From: Octopus sinensis
Taxonomy: Eukaryota
Length of the DNA: 64,000 bases
Reading direction: 5' to 3'
Assembly (NCBI RefSeq): GCF_006345805.1
Contig: NC_043016.1
Coordinates: 21,204,001-21,268,000 of the forward strand
Made by a program: the position numbers and the translations under genes. The notes under the pieces were generated by a model that was given only the letters and a program-made list of their open reading frames with translations, had not been told where the DNA came from and ran no database searches. This document shows, piece by piece, positions 41,075 through 53,000 of this stretch. Each line of letters starts with the position of its first letter. Position 1 is the first letter of the stretch.

Positions 41075-44000
41075 AATATACATTCAGATATACAAATATA
41101 AACATACACATCAACATCATCAAGATTTTTGATAGTTGAGAAAAGAAAATACAAACCTCTAAGATGTTATTGAGACCAGTTCTTATAAATTCATTTCTAA
41201 GATGTATTCTGAATTCTAAATCATCAGGTGTAGACACAATGGCATTGACTAACTGAATACAAGCAACCTAAAAAAATAAACAAATCAAATATTTACTACT
41301 ACTATTAATAACAATAACAACAACAACAATGATAGTAATAAAAACAACAACAAAATATTATTTCTTATATTTGTCACCAGGGTGATGGATGGATGAGGGG
41401 ACGTCACAAAGACAGACATAATGTATGGAAGGTTTACACACACATACATATATATACATATATAAAATAAACAGAAACATGAAAATATACATGATACACA
41501 ATAAAACAAAGAAAGGAAATATACATAATAAGCATTATTAGGGGAGAAAAAGATAATAGAAATATGTTCCTCCTGATACAGGAGGACTACAAGGGACAAT
41601 CAAGGAACCCCACTATTCAAGATCTCCCTCAACACCAAGGATAAGTGCCCTCTCCAGTTCCATTTTTTCAACTTACAGCTTTATACTTAAAGTCATATCA
41701 TCCTTTCTTGCCATTTTTGTAACTTTCACCCACCTTTCAATAAATTCACCTGAGGACAGTAACTGCCTCCCTACTCTCATTCCCCTTTTCAAGTGAAACT
41801 TGAAAAAATTGAACAGGGCTCTGCCGAAAAGAAAAGTCTCATCCACCTGACAACCTCTTCTGCAATTTCTACCAAACAGAGGAAAACTACAATACGTTTG
41901 CAGTTAAGGTGGTGGGGTTTCAATAATCACAGCTGGCAGACAGATCCATCCCACACATAAAAGCAGCTGTTCAACAAAACTCCAGAAATCAGCAAGTTTT
42001 AGACATTGAATGAATGTGTAGTGATGCTACTGTGTAGGGTTCGGCGCGCATGCGCAGAATGGGACTACTTCCGGGTGGCCACCGGAAGTCTTCCCCATGC
42101 GCATGTGCGGGAAAACATCTCTCGAGCCCGCGAACCTCAAATCTCTCTCTTCGGCTCAAGACAGCACTGCGATCGGTCACGGTTTTCCTGGCTCTGACAG
42201 CCACACACCAGCTTCAACCAACTTCAACCAACCTCAACGACCAACACCAGCAGTATCTCAGAGGCTGTCTATTCCCCCATCAGACAACGTACAACCATGA
42301 ATCAATAAACCAAGTTGTCTGTTCACCTTTAACCTGAGTTTCGTCTGTTTGTTTTCTACAAGAATTTTTGTATGTGACTAGAAAGGATCTCGACACCCTG
42401 CCAGTGTTTCGATGATAGATCCTTTCACGTTACAATTGGTGACCCCTAGTTGAGAAAAAGAACAGGATAGAAGAAGACACAGCGAACAGGTTTTTTTTTT
42501 TGGGGGCCGAAGAGCGCGGAAATTCACATTTATTTTCCTATTTTCTCCTTTTCAGCACGGCGAGGTGGGTCAAATAGCCTTATTCATCGCACACAGTACA
42601 AAAAAAAAAAAAAAAAGAAAACACACACACATTCATTTTTTTTTCCTTTTCTGTATTTTGTTTTCCTTGTACACACTTATTCCATTTTTTTTTTGCTACC
42701 CACGAGGTGCACACACAAACACAATTTTGAATTGCCTTCTCGGTTCCACGTGTTCTCTCTCCGTTTCTCGACCATACCTTCTGCCCCCTTCTCACAGACT
42801 CCTTCCGACAAAGGCATGGCTTCAGGTTTGCCTTCATTTACGGGGGATGCGGGGCTGTGGTTTGCACAGGTGGAATCACACTTTGCCGCGCATACCATTC
42901 CGCCACAACAGCAGTTACATCTACTGTTTTCAAGTTTGCCCTCCCGGCTCGCAACATCGGTCAGGGATCTCATTGTGAGTCCCCATCCTGACGCCACATA
43001 TGCGTCAGTAAAGGCGGAGATCCTCCGTCGCAACACGCGCTCAGAGGAAAGTCAGTTTAATGAACTGATGGCCGACGAGCAGTTAGGGGACAGAACTCCA
43101 TCCCAATTCTGCGCCATCTAAGAGAGCTAAGCGGCAACGCCGCTGACGCGCCGCTCTACGTAAGATATTTTTCTCAAGGCTGCCTGCCCACGTGCAGACA
43201 ATGTTGGCCACGGCACTGGATGCTGTGTCTGTGGACCAGATCGCCACGATGGCCGACAAAGTGTTGGAGTTTTCGCGCCATCTCCCTCGCGGGGCCTGTA
43301 CGCATGTACAGAGCCCCCCCCGACTCCTCCGACGAACGATAAACTGGCCGAGAACATCGACGCGCTTACGCGGAGGATCGATGATCTGTGCCGTGCGATC
43401 GGACGCCAATCTCGTAGTCGCAGTAGCTCTATTTCCCGCAGTCGGAGTGACTCTGTTTCTCGTTCCGGCTGGTGCTGGTACCATTCGAGATATGCCGAAA
43501 AGGCAGATCGGTGTACCCAGCCGTGCACTTTCAAGCCCTCGGAAAACTAAATCCGGAGGAGGTGAGCACGTCACCTTCGTCCATCTCGTTTCCCAAACAT
43601 CGTGCATTCTATGTAAAAGATCTGGTGTCGGAGAAATTCTTCATGGTAGACACCGGCTCCTGTTGCAGCATCTGGCCCCTTCGTCTGGCTGCAGACAAGC
43701 CCAAGCGCTCTTCGATTGTCTTGCATGCTATTGACTCGTCTCCCATAACCACTTACGGTCAGATTTCGCTGCGCCTCAACCTCAACCTTCGTCGAGACTT
43801 TCGATGGGTTTTCGTCATCGCTGACATCCTATTCTCGGCGCTGATTTCCTGGATAGGTTTAACCTATTGGTGGATGTCAGGCGTCGGAGGCTTCTTGATA
43901 GCACGACGTCGCTCTCTACACCGACTGGGAGTTCCGCCACTGCGGTCCTTAGCCCGACATTCTTTGTTGCCACCTCTGGAGACCCTTTTCACTCTCTTTT

Positions 44001-47000
44001 GGTTTCATTTCCGGAGCTAGTGGACATTGCCTTTAAACCGGAAAATCCCACCCACTCGACCCTCCATTTCATCACCACCAATGGGCCACCTGTATTCTCA
44101 CGCCCCCGGCGCCTAGCGCCAGACCGACTTAAAACGGCCAGAGCCGAGTTTGAGCACATGCTTCAACTTGGCCTTATACGCCCCTCCACCAGCCCATGGG
44201 CATCTCCCCTTCATTTGGCGCGAAAGGGCGAGTCTGATTTTCGCCCGGTTGGAGACTATCGACGCCTCAATGCCGTCACAATAGCCGATCGCTATCCGAT
44301 TAGAAATCTCCGGGACTTTACAGCAAATCTCCATGGTTGTACCATTTTTTCGAAGGTCGATCTGATACGCGCTTACCACCAAATACCGGTCAACCCAGCC
44401 GACGTTCCAAAAACTGCAATCACTACCCCGTTTGGGTGTTTTGAGTTTTTGTACATGAGTTTCGGTTTGCGGAATGCTACTAGCACCTTCCAGCGTTTCA
44501 TTGATGAGGTTGTCCGCGGTCTTGATTTTGTGTTTGCCTATGTCGATGACATACTCATTGCGAGCGACACACGAGAAAATCATCTCCGGCACCTTTCTCA
44601 ACTCTTCCAGCGTCTTCGCGCGTATAGCATACGCATAAACCCCGACAAGTGTGTTTTCGGACGCTCTTCCCTAGATTTTCTAGGGCATCATATTGATTCA
44701 ACGGAATCAGCCCCCTCTCGTCAAAAGTCGATGCCATTCAACGCATCGCACCCCCCACTTCCTTGCGCCAGCTCAGGCATTATCTAGGGATGGTCAATTT
44801 CTACCGACGCTTCATTCCCGGTTGTGCAGATAAGCTGCTACCTCTCACCAGGCTGTTAAAGGACTCTCCTAGAAAGGACAGTCAAGTCACCCTCTCTGTT
44901 GAGGCAGTGACAGCCTTTGAGTCCATTAAGAAGGAGCTGGCTTCTGTTTCTTTGCTTGCACATCCAGTTCCTGGTGCTTCTCTCTCTTTGACTGTGGACG
45001 CATCGGACACTGCGATTGGCGCTGTGTTACAACACACAGTGGATGACCATGTTCGACCTCTAGCCTTCTTTTCCCGTCAACTGCAACCAGCTGAACGACG
45101 ATACAGCACCTTTGATCGTGAGCTCCTAGCGATCTATCTATCGGTTCGTCATTTCCAGCATCAACTTGAAGGGCGAGATTTTGTGATCTATACGGATCAC
45201 AAGCCCCTTACGTTTGCCCTGTTTTCAAAAACGGACAAACTCTCACCCCGTGCTTTTCGGCACCTGGATTTTATCTCTCAATTTACTAGCAACATTCGAC
45301 ACATACCTGGAAAAGAGAACGTTCCTGCTGACGCTCTCTCTCGCCTTCCAGTTTGCACCCTTTCGTCTCCTGCTGCTATCGACTTAGCTGCCATATCGCA
45401 GGAGCCCACCTTTGGCGTCGTTAGATTTAACTTCTCCCAAGTTCTCCTGTTGCCAGTTTTCCTACCTTCCGCTTCCGTCAGCCGAAGGCACCATTCTTTG
45501 TGACACTTCAACTGGATCTCCCAGGCCACTGGTGCCTGAGACCCATCAACGCTCAGTGTTTGAAGCACTGCACTCCTTATCACATCCTGGCATCGCTGCC
45601 ACCCTCAAACTAATCACTGCTCGGTTTTTCTGGCCGAATATGCGTCGCACAATTACTTGTTGGACACGCACCTGCTCCAAGTGTCAACGATCCAAGATTC
45701 AACGGCACGTTCGTGCCCCGCTTGGACAATTTCCCCCCACGGAGGCCCGTTTTCGCCATGTCCACATCGATCTGGTTGGACCATGGCCTGTGAGTCGCGG
45801 GTTCTCTTATCTATTAACTTGTGTCGATCGTTTCTCCCGCTGGCCAGAAGCCATTCCGATAGCAGACATTTCTGCTGAGACTGTTGCGCGAGCTTTCGTT
45901 TCAAACTGGATTTCTCGCTTCGGAGTCCCGTCCCGATTGACAACTGATCGTGGACGACAGTTTGAGGCCTCGCTATTTCGCGAATTGTCACGAATTTTGG
46001 GTATGCACCATATCCACACCACAAGCTACCATCCAGCGTCTAATGGATTGGTTGAGCGGTTCCATAGACAGCTCAAGGCCGCTCTTCGTGCCTCTTCGGA
46101 CCCACAGTCCTGGATCGAATTTCTGCCCATTGTGCTTCTTGGCTGTCGGACTGCTGTCAAGGCAGACCTGGGGTTTTCTGCTGCAGAGCTGCTGTATGGT
46201 ACCACACTGGCATTGCCCGGTACGATGTTGGTGCCAGACACTTCCCCGCCCCATGATCCGGCGACCTATGTCACCAGACTGCGGGAATATTTTTCAAACC
46301 TTCCGCCCATGCTTCCCAGAAAGCAATCTCCACCGTCCCATCTTCCACCGGATATGAACACCTGGTCGCATGTTTTTGTTCGGGACGATTCTGTGAAGGG
46401 CCCACTTGTTTCTCCCTATAAAGGACCTTTTCGTGTGCTTTCTCGCACACCAAAGGTTTTCACGATTGAGATAAATGGTCGTTCGGAGACCGTTTCCGTG
46501 GACCGTTTAAAAAAGGCACATTTTGAGACGTCTTCATCTTTTGATGACAACCTTGACACACCCACCTATGCACCTTTAACAACGCCTTCACCTGCACAAA
46601 CGCCTTCACCTGCACAACGCCTTCACCTGCACAATCACCTTCACCGGCTCCTACAACACCACCCTCGCCGTCAACGGGTGCCCCGAGCACACCGTATGTT
46701 ACAAAATCGGGCAGAACAGTGCATTGGCCCAAGAAACTTTCAAAAACAATTTACATTTAACTTTCTTTAAAATGTTTCTTATTGTATAATAGTATGTACC
46801 AAGTCTTCTGGGGGATCGGCAAGCCTTCTGTTTTCTGCAGCACCACCACAATATTCTGGTTGCCGTACTTCGCACTCGGAGGGGAGCCCTGTAGTGATGC
46901 TACTGTGTAGGGTTCGGCGCGCATGCGCAGAATGGGACTACTTCCGGGTGGCCACCGGAAGTCTTCCCCATGCGCATGTGCGGGAAAACATCTCTCGAGC

Positions 47001-50000
47001 CCGCGAACCTCAAATCTCTCTCTTCGGCTCAAGACAGCACTGCGATCGGTCACGGTTTTCCTGGCTCTGACAGCCACACACCAGCTTCAACCAACTTCAA
47101 CCAACCTCAACGACCAACACCAGCAGTATCTCAGAGGCTGTCTATTCCCCCATCAGACAACGTACAACCATGAATCAATAAACCAAGTTGTCTGTTCACC
47201 TTTAACCTGAGTTTCGTCTGTTTGTTTTCTACAAGAATTTTTGTATGTGACTAGAAAGGATCTCGACACCCTGCCAGTGTTTCGATGATAGATCCTTTCA
47301 CGTTACAAATGCATGTTGAAGTTTTGTAGCTCTGCACAGATCATGGACATGCCAAGTAGATAGTATTCTGTGTCTGTAGAGGTTATTTTGAACTAGTAGT
47401 GCCCCTTGGTAGCACTGCCAGGTCAAGTATTTTGGGGAATTATCCATGGTGATCCCTAACTGGAAAGTCTTCTGGAACAGGCTAGCCAATTCGTGTTCAC
47501 AAATGCCCAGAGACAACTCAAGAATGTTGACACACTTTTTCACCACTAATTCTCTCTATATAGGTAGAGTGGAACATTTACTAATTCCATTGTCTGACTG
47601 GTAGAAGGCTGAGAGTCCCTTACAACACTTTTGGTATCAGGTGCCCAATCTTAGTCTTTCCTTTACCCAAGACTGCAGCTTTGTCAAGGAGACAAGTTGT
47701 GGAAAGATTTGTCTTGTGAACGGAGCTCACACATGTTCACTGTCAAAGAATCATTGCAGGTGCCATACAGAGGGTCCTGGCAGCAAACTGACCACCTGAT
47801 TATTGGAATGCATCCTTTCAACAAGAAAAAAACCCCAGATATTCTAATATGACTAAGCAGAAGCTAGGGCAAGGAATAGTGGTAGGTGATAAATAATAAA
47901 GGAGGTGATATAAGCATTCACTACCTCTGCCTGATTTTTCAGAGGTAGCTTCCTCTCTGTATATTTCTTAGTGAAACTGGCCATCTCATGCCAGTCCTTA
48001 TCAATCTGGAGGTCAGGACTGAACCAGACCCTGAGCAGTTTAACTGGTCTTTCAGTCCAGCACCCAATGATCCAAATGGCATGGATCTATCTCCCCAGCT
48101 CCCCAATTACAAGTCAATAGACCTGTTGGCATTGATTTTTGCCCCTGCTACCAACTCAAATTCCTTTAGGATGGTACCAAGTGTATAATAATAATAATAT
48201 GCAATGATGATGATTATGATAAGTTTTGCACTGGCTTTATCAGAATTCAAGTGATTTCAATTCTCAAATGAAATGGTTTGAATTTTTATATATGCTAATA
48301 CTTTTCAGAAATCTTGAAGCTAAGAGACTCTTCGAAATGAGATTTTGTCTGATAATTTTTAAATTCTTAAAACTTATTAACAGTATCAATTTTAGAAATT
48401 TATGATCAGAATTTAGGCTAGTTGAAATATGTTCATCACATATTTCAACTGCTAAAAGGCAAATACACTACAGTTACTGTGAAGAAAAAATCTCTCTTAT
48501 GGTAAAAAGGTGTGAGAACACCCAGTTTGTTCAGTGTTGCCGTCTATGAGGAATCCCAGATATCAATGTTTTGAGATTTTTGACTCTTGTCAATGAGATA
48601 TACCTAAGAGAGGCAACTGTGAACGAACTCAATAAAACTATGGCTTTATATATAATCGATATCTAGGATTCCTGATAGATGGCAACACTGAATGAACCAG
48701 GTTTTTTCACACCTTTTTAAAATTAAATATACTTTTTCTCCACAGTAACTGCAGTGTATTTAACTTTTAGCAGTTGAAATATGTGACGAACATATTTCAA
48801 CTAGCCTAAATTCTGCTCATACCTAAACACTGCTTCGCGTTAACACTTCGTTGTTTAGAAATTTAATTTTAAAATATTATGAATGCATAAATGAAAGAAG
48901 TTCTAATTACAAACCTGCATTGGTAAGTTGTCTGTCATTTCAAGCCCCTTGATAATAGGCTGGAATCTAGGCTGTGATCGTATTTCAGCACATGAGGTAA
49001 TTCCTTCTAAAGCTTTATCATGACTAAAAGTTAAAATTGAAAATTATAGACAATATCAGTTTTGGAGTAAAATTAATAATGAAAACTGGCACCACAAATA
49101 ATTTTTCTTTTTCTTTTTTTTATCTTAGGACCCTCAAATATGTAAAAATTGGGGAAATGCATATCAGTAATTGGCTTTACTGCTTATGTTCTAAGTCAGA
49201 GACAATGGCATTAATGGTCTTTAAGAAAAGCAAATTACAATACACATACATGCACATACACACATACACAATACAAGTAAAATGAGTGTGAATTAAAGTG
49301 TTGTGACTGAGCAAATCATGTGACTCTACCTGTCTCTTTCTTTCTTTCTCCTCAACGTATCTTTCATTTCCATAACAAACAGACAACAACATAAAAAAAT
49401 AACATGCACACAACACTAGCCAATCTGCTTCTACTATTGCTCCCCATTTCAAACATGGTCAGCAGCTTCAGTAAATCTTAATATGCAGTATTTGGCTAGA
49501 TCCTCATTTTTTTCTGTTCTCTAGGACTCATTATAAAACAAGTATTTCAATGCAAACTCAGTAAAATAGCATTTTAATTTTATCATTCCAGATAAAGTTA
49601 ATGTGTGCATAATACTACCCATGCCTTTCTTCAGTATGTATTATCAACATCTGTTGGCAACAGATCTTTCTCTCAGAATGAAAGGCAGAGTGTATGATGC
49701 TTGTATACAAACAGTCATGCTACATGGTAGTTAGATATGGGCCCAGAGTACAGAGGACATATCATCATCATCATCAACATTTAACATCTGTTTTCCATGC
49801 TAGCATGGGTTGGATAGCTTGACAGGAGCTGGTGAAGTCAGGGTTTGCACTAAGTTCCATAGTTTGTTTTGGCTTGGATGCTCTTCCTAACACCATCTAC
49901 TTTACAGTTCTTGTAGCACTGTGTTTTTTTGTGCTCTCCACCCATGTTACATTGATTCACCCCCATGGGATTGTATATACTTTGGTATTTTAATTCATTG

Positions 50001-53000
50001 AAACCCACCACTGCAGTTATCATTTCAAAAACCAACAAGTTTTAAATCTACATCTGCATCATCAGCAAAGGCTAATACATTTTACATTTTGAGATTGAAC
50101 CATTTTGCTTCATGTTTAAGATCTAATAATATAAAAATATTGACTCTCAATTGTCTCATAAAGTTGTATTTATTTGACAGTTTTCTTTTGACAATGCAAA
50201 TGTCTGGCTTGTAGAGATACACACATTACTTAATCTATGATAATTATGAAAAAAGTTAAGTTATTCCTAAAGTCATTCCAAATTCATTTCTGTTGTTAGA
50301 ACAAATATAGACATACATGAGCATGAATGTTAACGTTAATGATGGATTTTAGCATTTCTAAGGAATTAATGATACACTGACTAGTTGCACTGTGTACAAT
50401 GAAATGCTTTCTTCCATAGTGTGCGTGTTTGACAAAAAGTAGAGTCCACTTTTTCTTCATGGTTTAGTTTTTAGCATTCAGTAATATGAAAAAACTAAAT
50501 GTAAAATAATTTGTATTTGTTATCAACATTATATGTCCATATTCTATGCTTGCATTATCTGGATGGGTTTTCAGTACAACATCACACCATTTGAGATATT
50601 TTATCATCTGCATTGTAAGGTTAAGCATCAGAAAATCAGTTTTCACCATTTCTTCCGTGGGCTTAGTTTTATGCAGGTTCCTTCAGTTTAGATATCCTGG
50701 CATCTCTTGTCCTCCAGACGCATCGCATGTTAACAACAGCTCAGTCTTCTCTGTTGTACACAACAACTGGGGTTTTTTTATATCCAAATTTTCTCAGTTC
50801 ATTTCTACTCCAATGTAAATGCACAATAGATTAGGTTTGTCTCACTTCCTCCTAAACCTTTTGCTACTGTGCAACATTGTATTTCATATACAAGCATTCC
50901 CAGCAGAGGGGGTAGTCCCCTTCCATAACCAGCATAAGTAATAACACCCTGAATTTTCTCCACTCTGTTCTTGCTCTGGTGAGTAGCTTTTGTAACACTC
51001 TCACTTCTGATTAAGGTAACTAAGTAAGAAAATATAATCAACCCCTTCTAGGGATCCTTTCAAGCATTTGAAAGAATTTATTTTATGGGAAAAGCACATC
51101 TGCTGCATAAGAAGTCTTCTGTAAGCCTGCCTGCAATCTCACTGCATCTCTTGTGGCCCCTTAGTTTACATGGATATGCTGTATGGCATTCATACAGCCT
51201 CTTTTTTTTTAGCATTTGCTGGATATTGGTAGAGGTACATCTTTCTTATGTCTCCTTGAAATGTGCCAGCAGATGTCGCAAATTCGTAATTGTTGCAGAA
51301 CAAACATAGATATGAGTACAAATTAAAGTAAATGGATCTCTCGATTTCAATGATGAGTACTTCTGTTGTTTGATAAACTCAAACGTCTTCCCATTGAATT
51401 ATAATATAGTGAGTACTCCACAGTCTACTGTACCTTTTTTATAAAGGTTAAATTATCCTAAACAATTTCATTCATAAACATCAATCTGAAATTATGGTAG
51501 AAGGCACTTGCCCAAGATGCCAATGTGGGACTGAAGCTAGGACCTCATAACTGTAAAACAAATTTCTTTAACACATAAATACACATACACAAAACTACGT
51601 AACTATTTTACATCCATTTTCAGATAAATTATCTTTGCTTTTAAGATCAAATCATTTTGCTTTACGTTGAAGATCTAACAATATAAAAATATTGATTCTC
51701 AATTGTCTTTTAAAGTTGTATTTACTTAAAAATGTCAAGAATGAAAAATATATAAACAAGCATTACCCTGATGGTGTTACCAAGCAAATGGCAGCTATAA
51801 GCCTAACAGCTTCTAACATTGTAGTTGCATCAGAAGGATCTATGGTTCTTGCTAAAATTGTTAAGGCTTCTTCATGATTGATGAATTTGAGCAAACCAAC
51901 CTGAATAAAGAAGAAAATGAGCATTTTTACTGAACTAAAAATAGCTTTGCTGGAACTAGAAAAGTTTGATTCTAGCTTTAGTTAAAAAACTGAAAATGTT
52001 TACAAATTTATCAAAGATCATCTAAAGTTTAAAGACTTATGTAAATAAAATCAACATAGATAATACTGTGTTTCCTTGAAAATAAGATAGGGCTTATATT
52101 AATTTTCACTCTGAAATTATGCATTAGGGCTTATTTTCAGGGGAGATCATATTTTTTCATGCACCAAAAAATAACATTACGAAATAGAAAATTATGAAAT
52201 TACTAAATAAACAGAAATTTCAAAAAATAATCTACATTTACTTGATGATTTATAACAACAGAAATTTATTAAAGAGAAATTACGGAAATCAATCTACATT
52301 TACTCAAAGATTTACATGTTCTTTTACTCAGAAACACATTAACAACAATTTATTCAAAAAACAGTCATGTCATTGTTCTGCAAATCACCAGATTCCAAAA
52401 TTCCTGTAGAGTTTTCGTGTGACTCTATTTCCTGCAGAACTTTCATCCCCAGTCTCTCATGTCAAGCAGTAGAAGTCTCATTGAATGAGAAGTTCTTGTT
52501 CCGGTAGCCTGTTCGTAGTGCATAGGCAACACAGCTGTCTGTGATTTTGTTCCATGAATTCGTCACCCAAGTCACGATCTCTTGCAGGCTGGGTTTCAAA
52601 AAATTTCCACACTGATTTCTCACCATTTTGTTTTCAATGTAGTCATTGATTTCCATACATAAATGGTCCTTGAATGGTTTATTTATTGCAATGTCAAGAG
52701 TATGGAGATAAGCATTCATTCCTGCAGGAATCATGATTTTATCTATTCTTCTTTCTGCAAGAAATTTCTTCATGTCTTTTGTGTGGTGTGTGCTGGCTAA
52801 ATCCCAGACTATCAAAACTCATTGGCCTCCTTGGAAAATAAGTGGCAGCATGAAACTGATCCACTTCCTTAAAACTGATTGTGTGCACCATGCCTTTTTA
52901 GTTTCCAGAACACAGATGCCTGAAAAGAAGTTCAATTTTATCCTTCCTGCCTTTAGTGATGATTAGAGGTGGGGCTTTACTTCCATTGAGACAAACTGCC

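Larger units (their letters stand above)
42017..47307 (+). mobile_element. Full-length Ty3/Gypsy LTR retrotransposon, CsRn1-like lineage, antisense within a Dia intron
   Basis: Two 418-bp TG..CA LTRs, 4-bp TSD AATG (42013-42016 and 47308-47311), PBS, PPT, domain order gag-PR-RT-RH-IN. Confidence 0.97.

Noticed and set aside
41989-42337. ORFs duplicated at 42 kb and 47 kb
   Set aside because: They are translations of the two LTRs, not genes.
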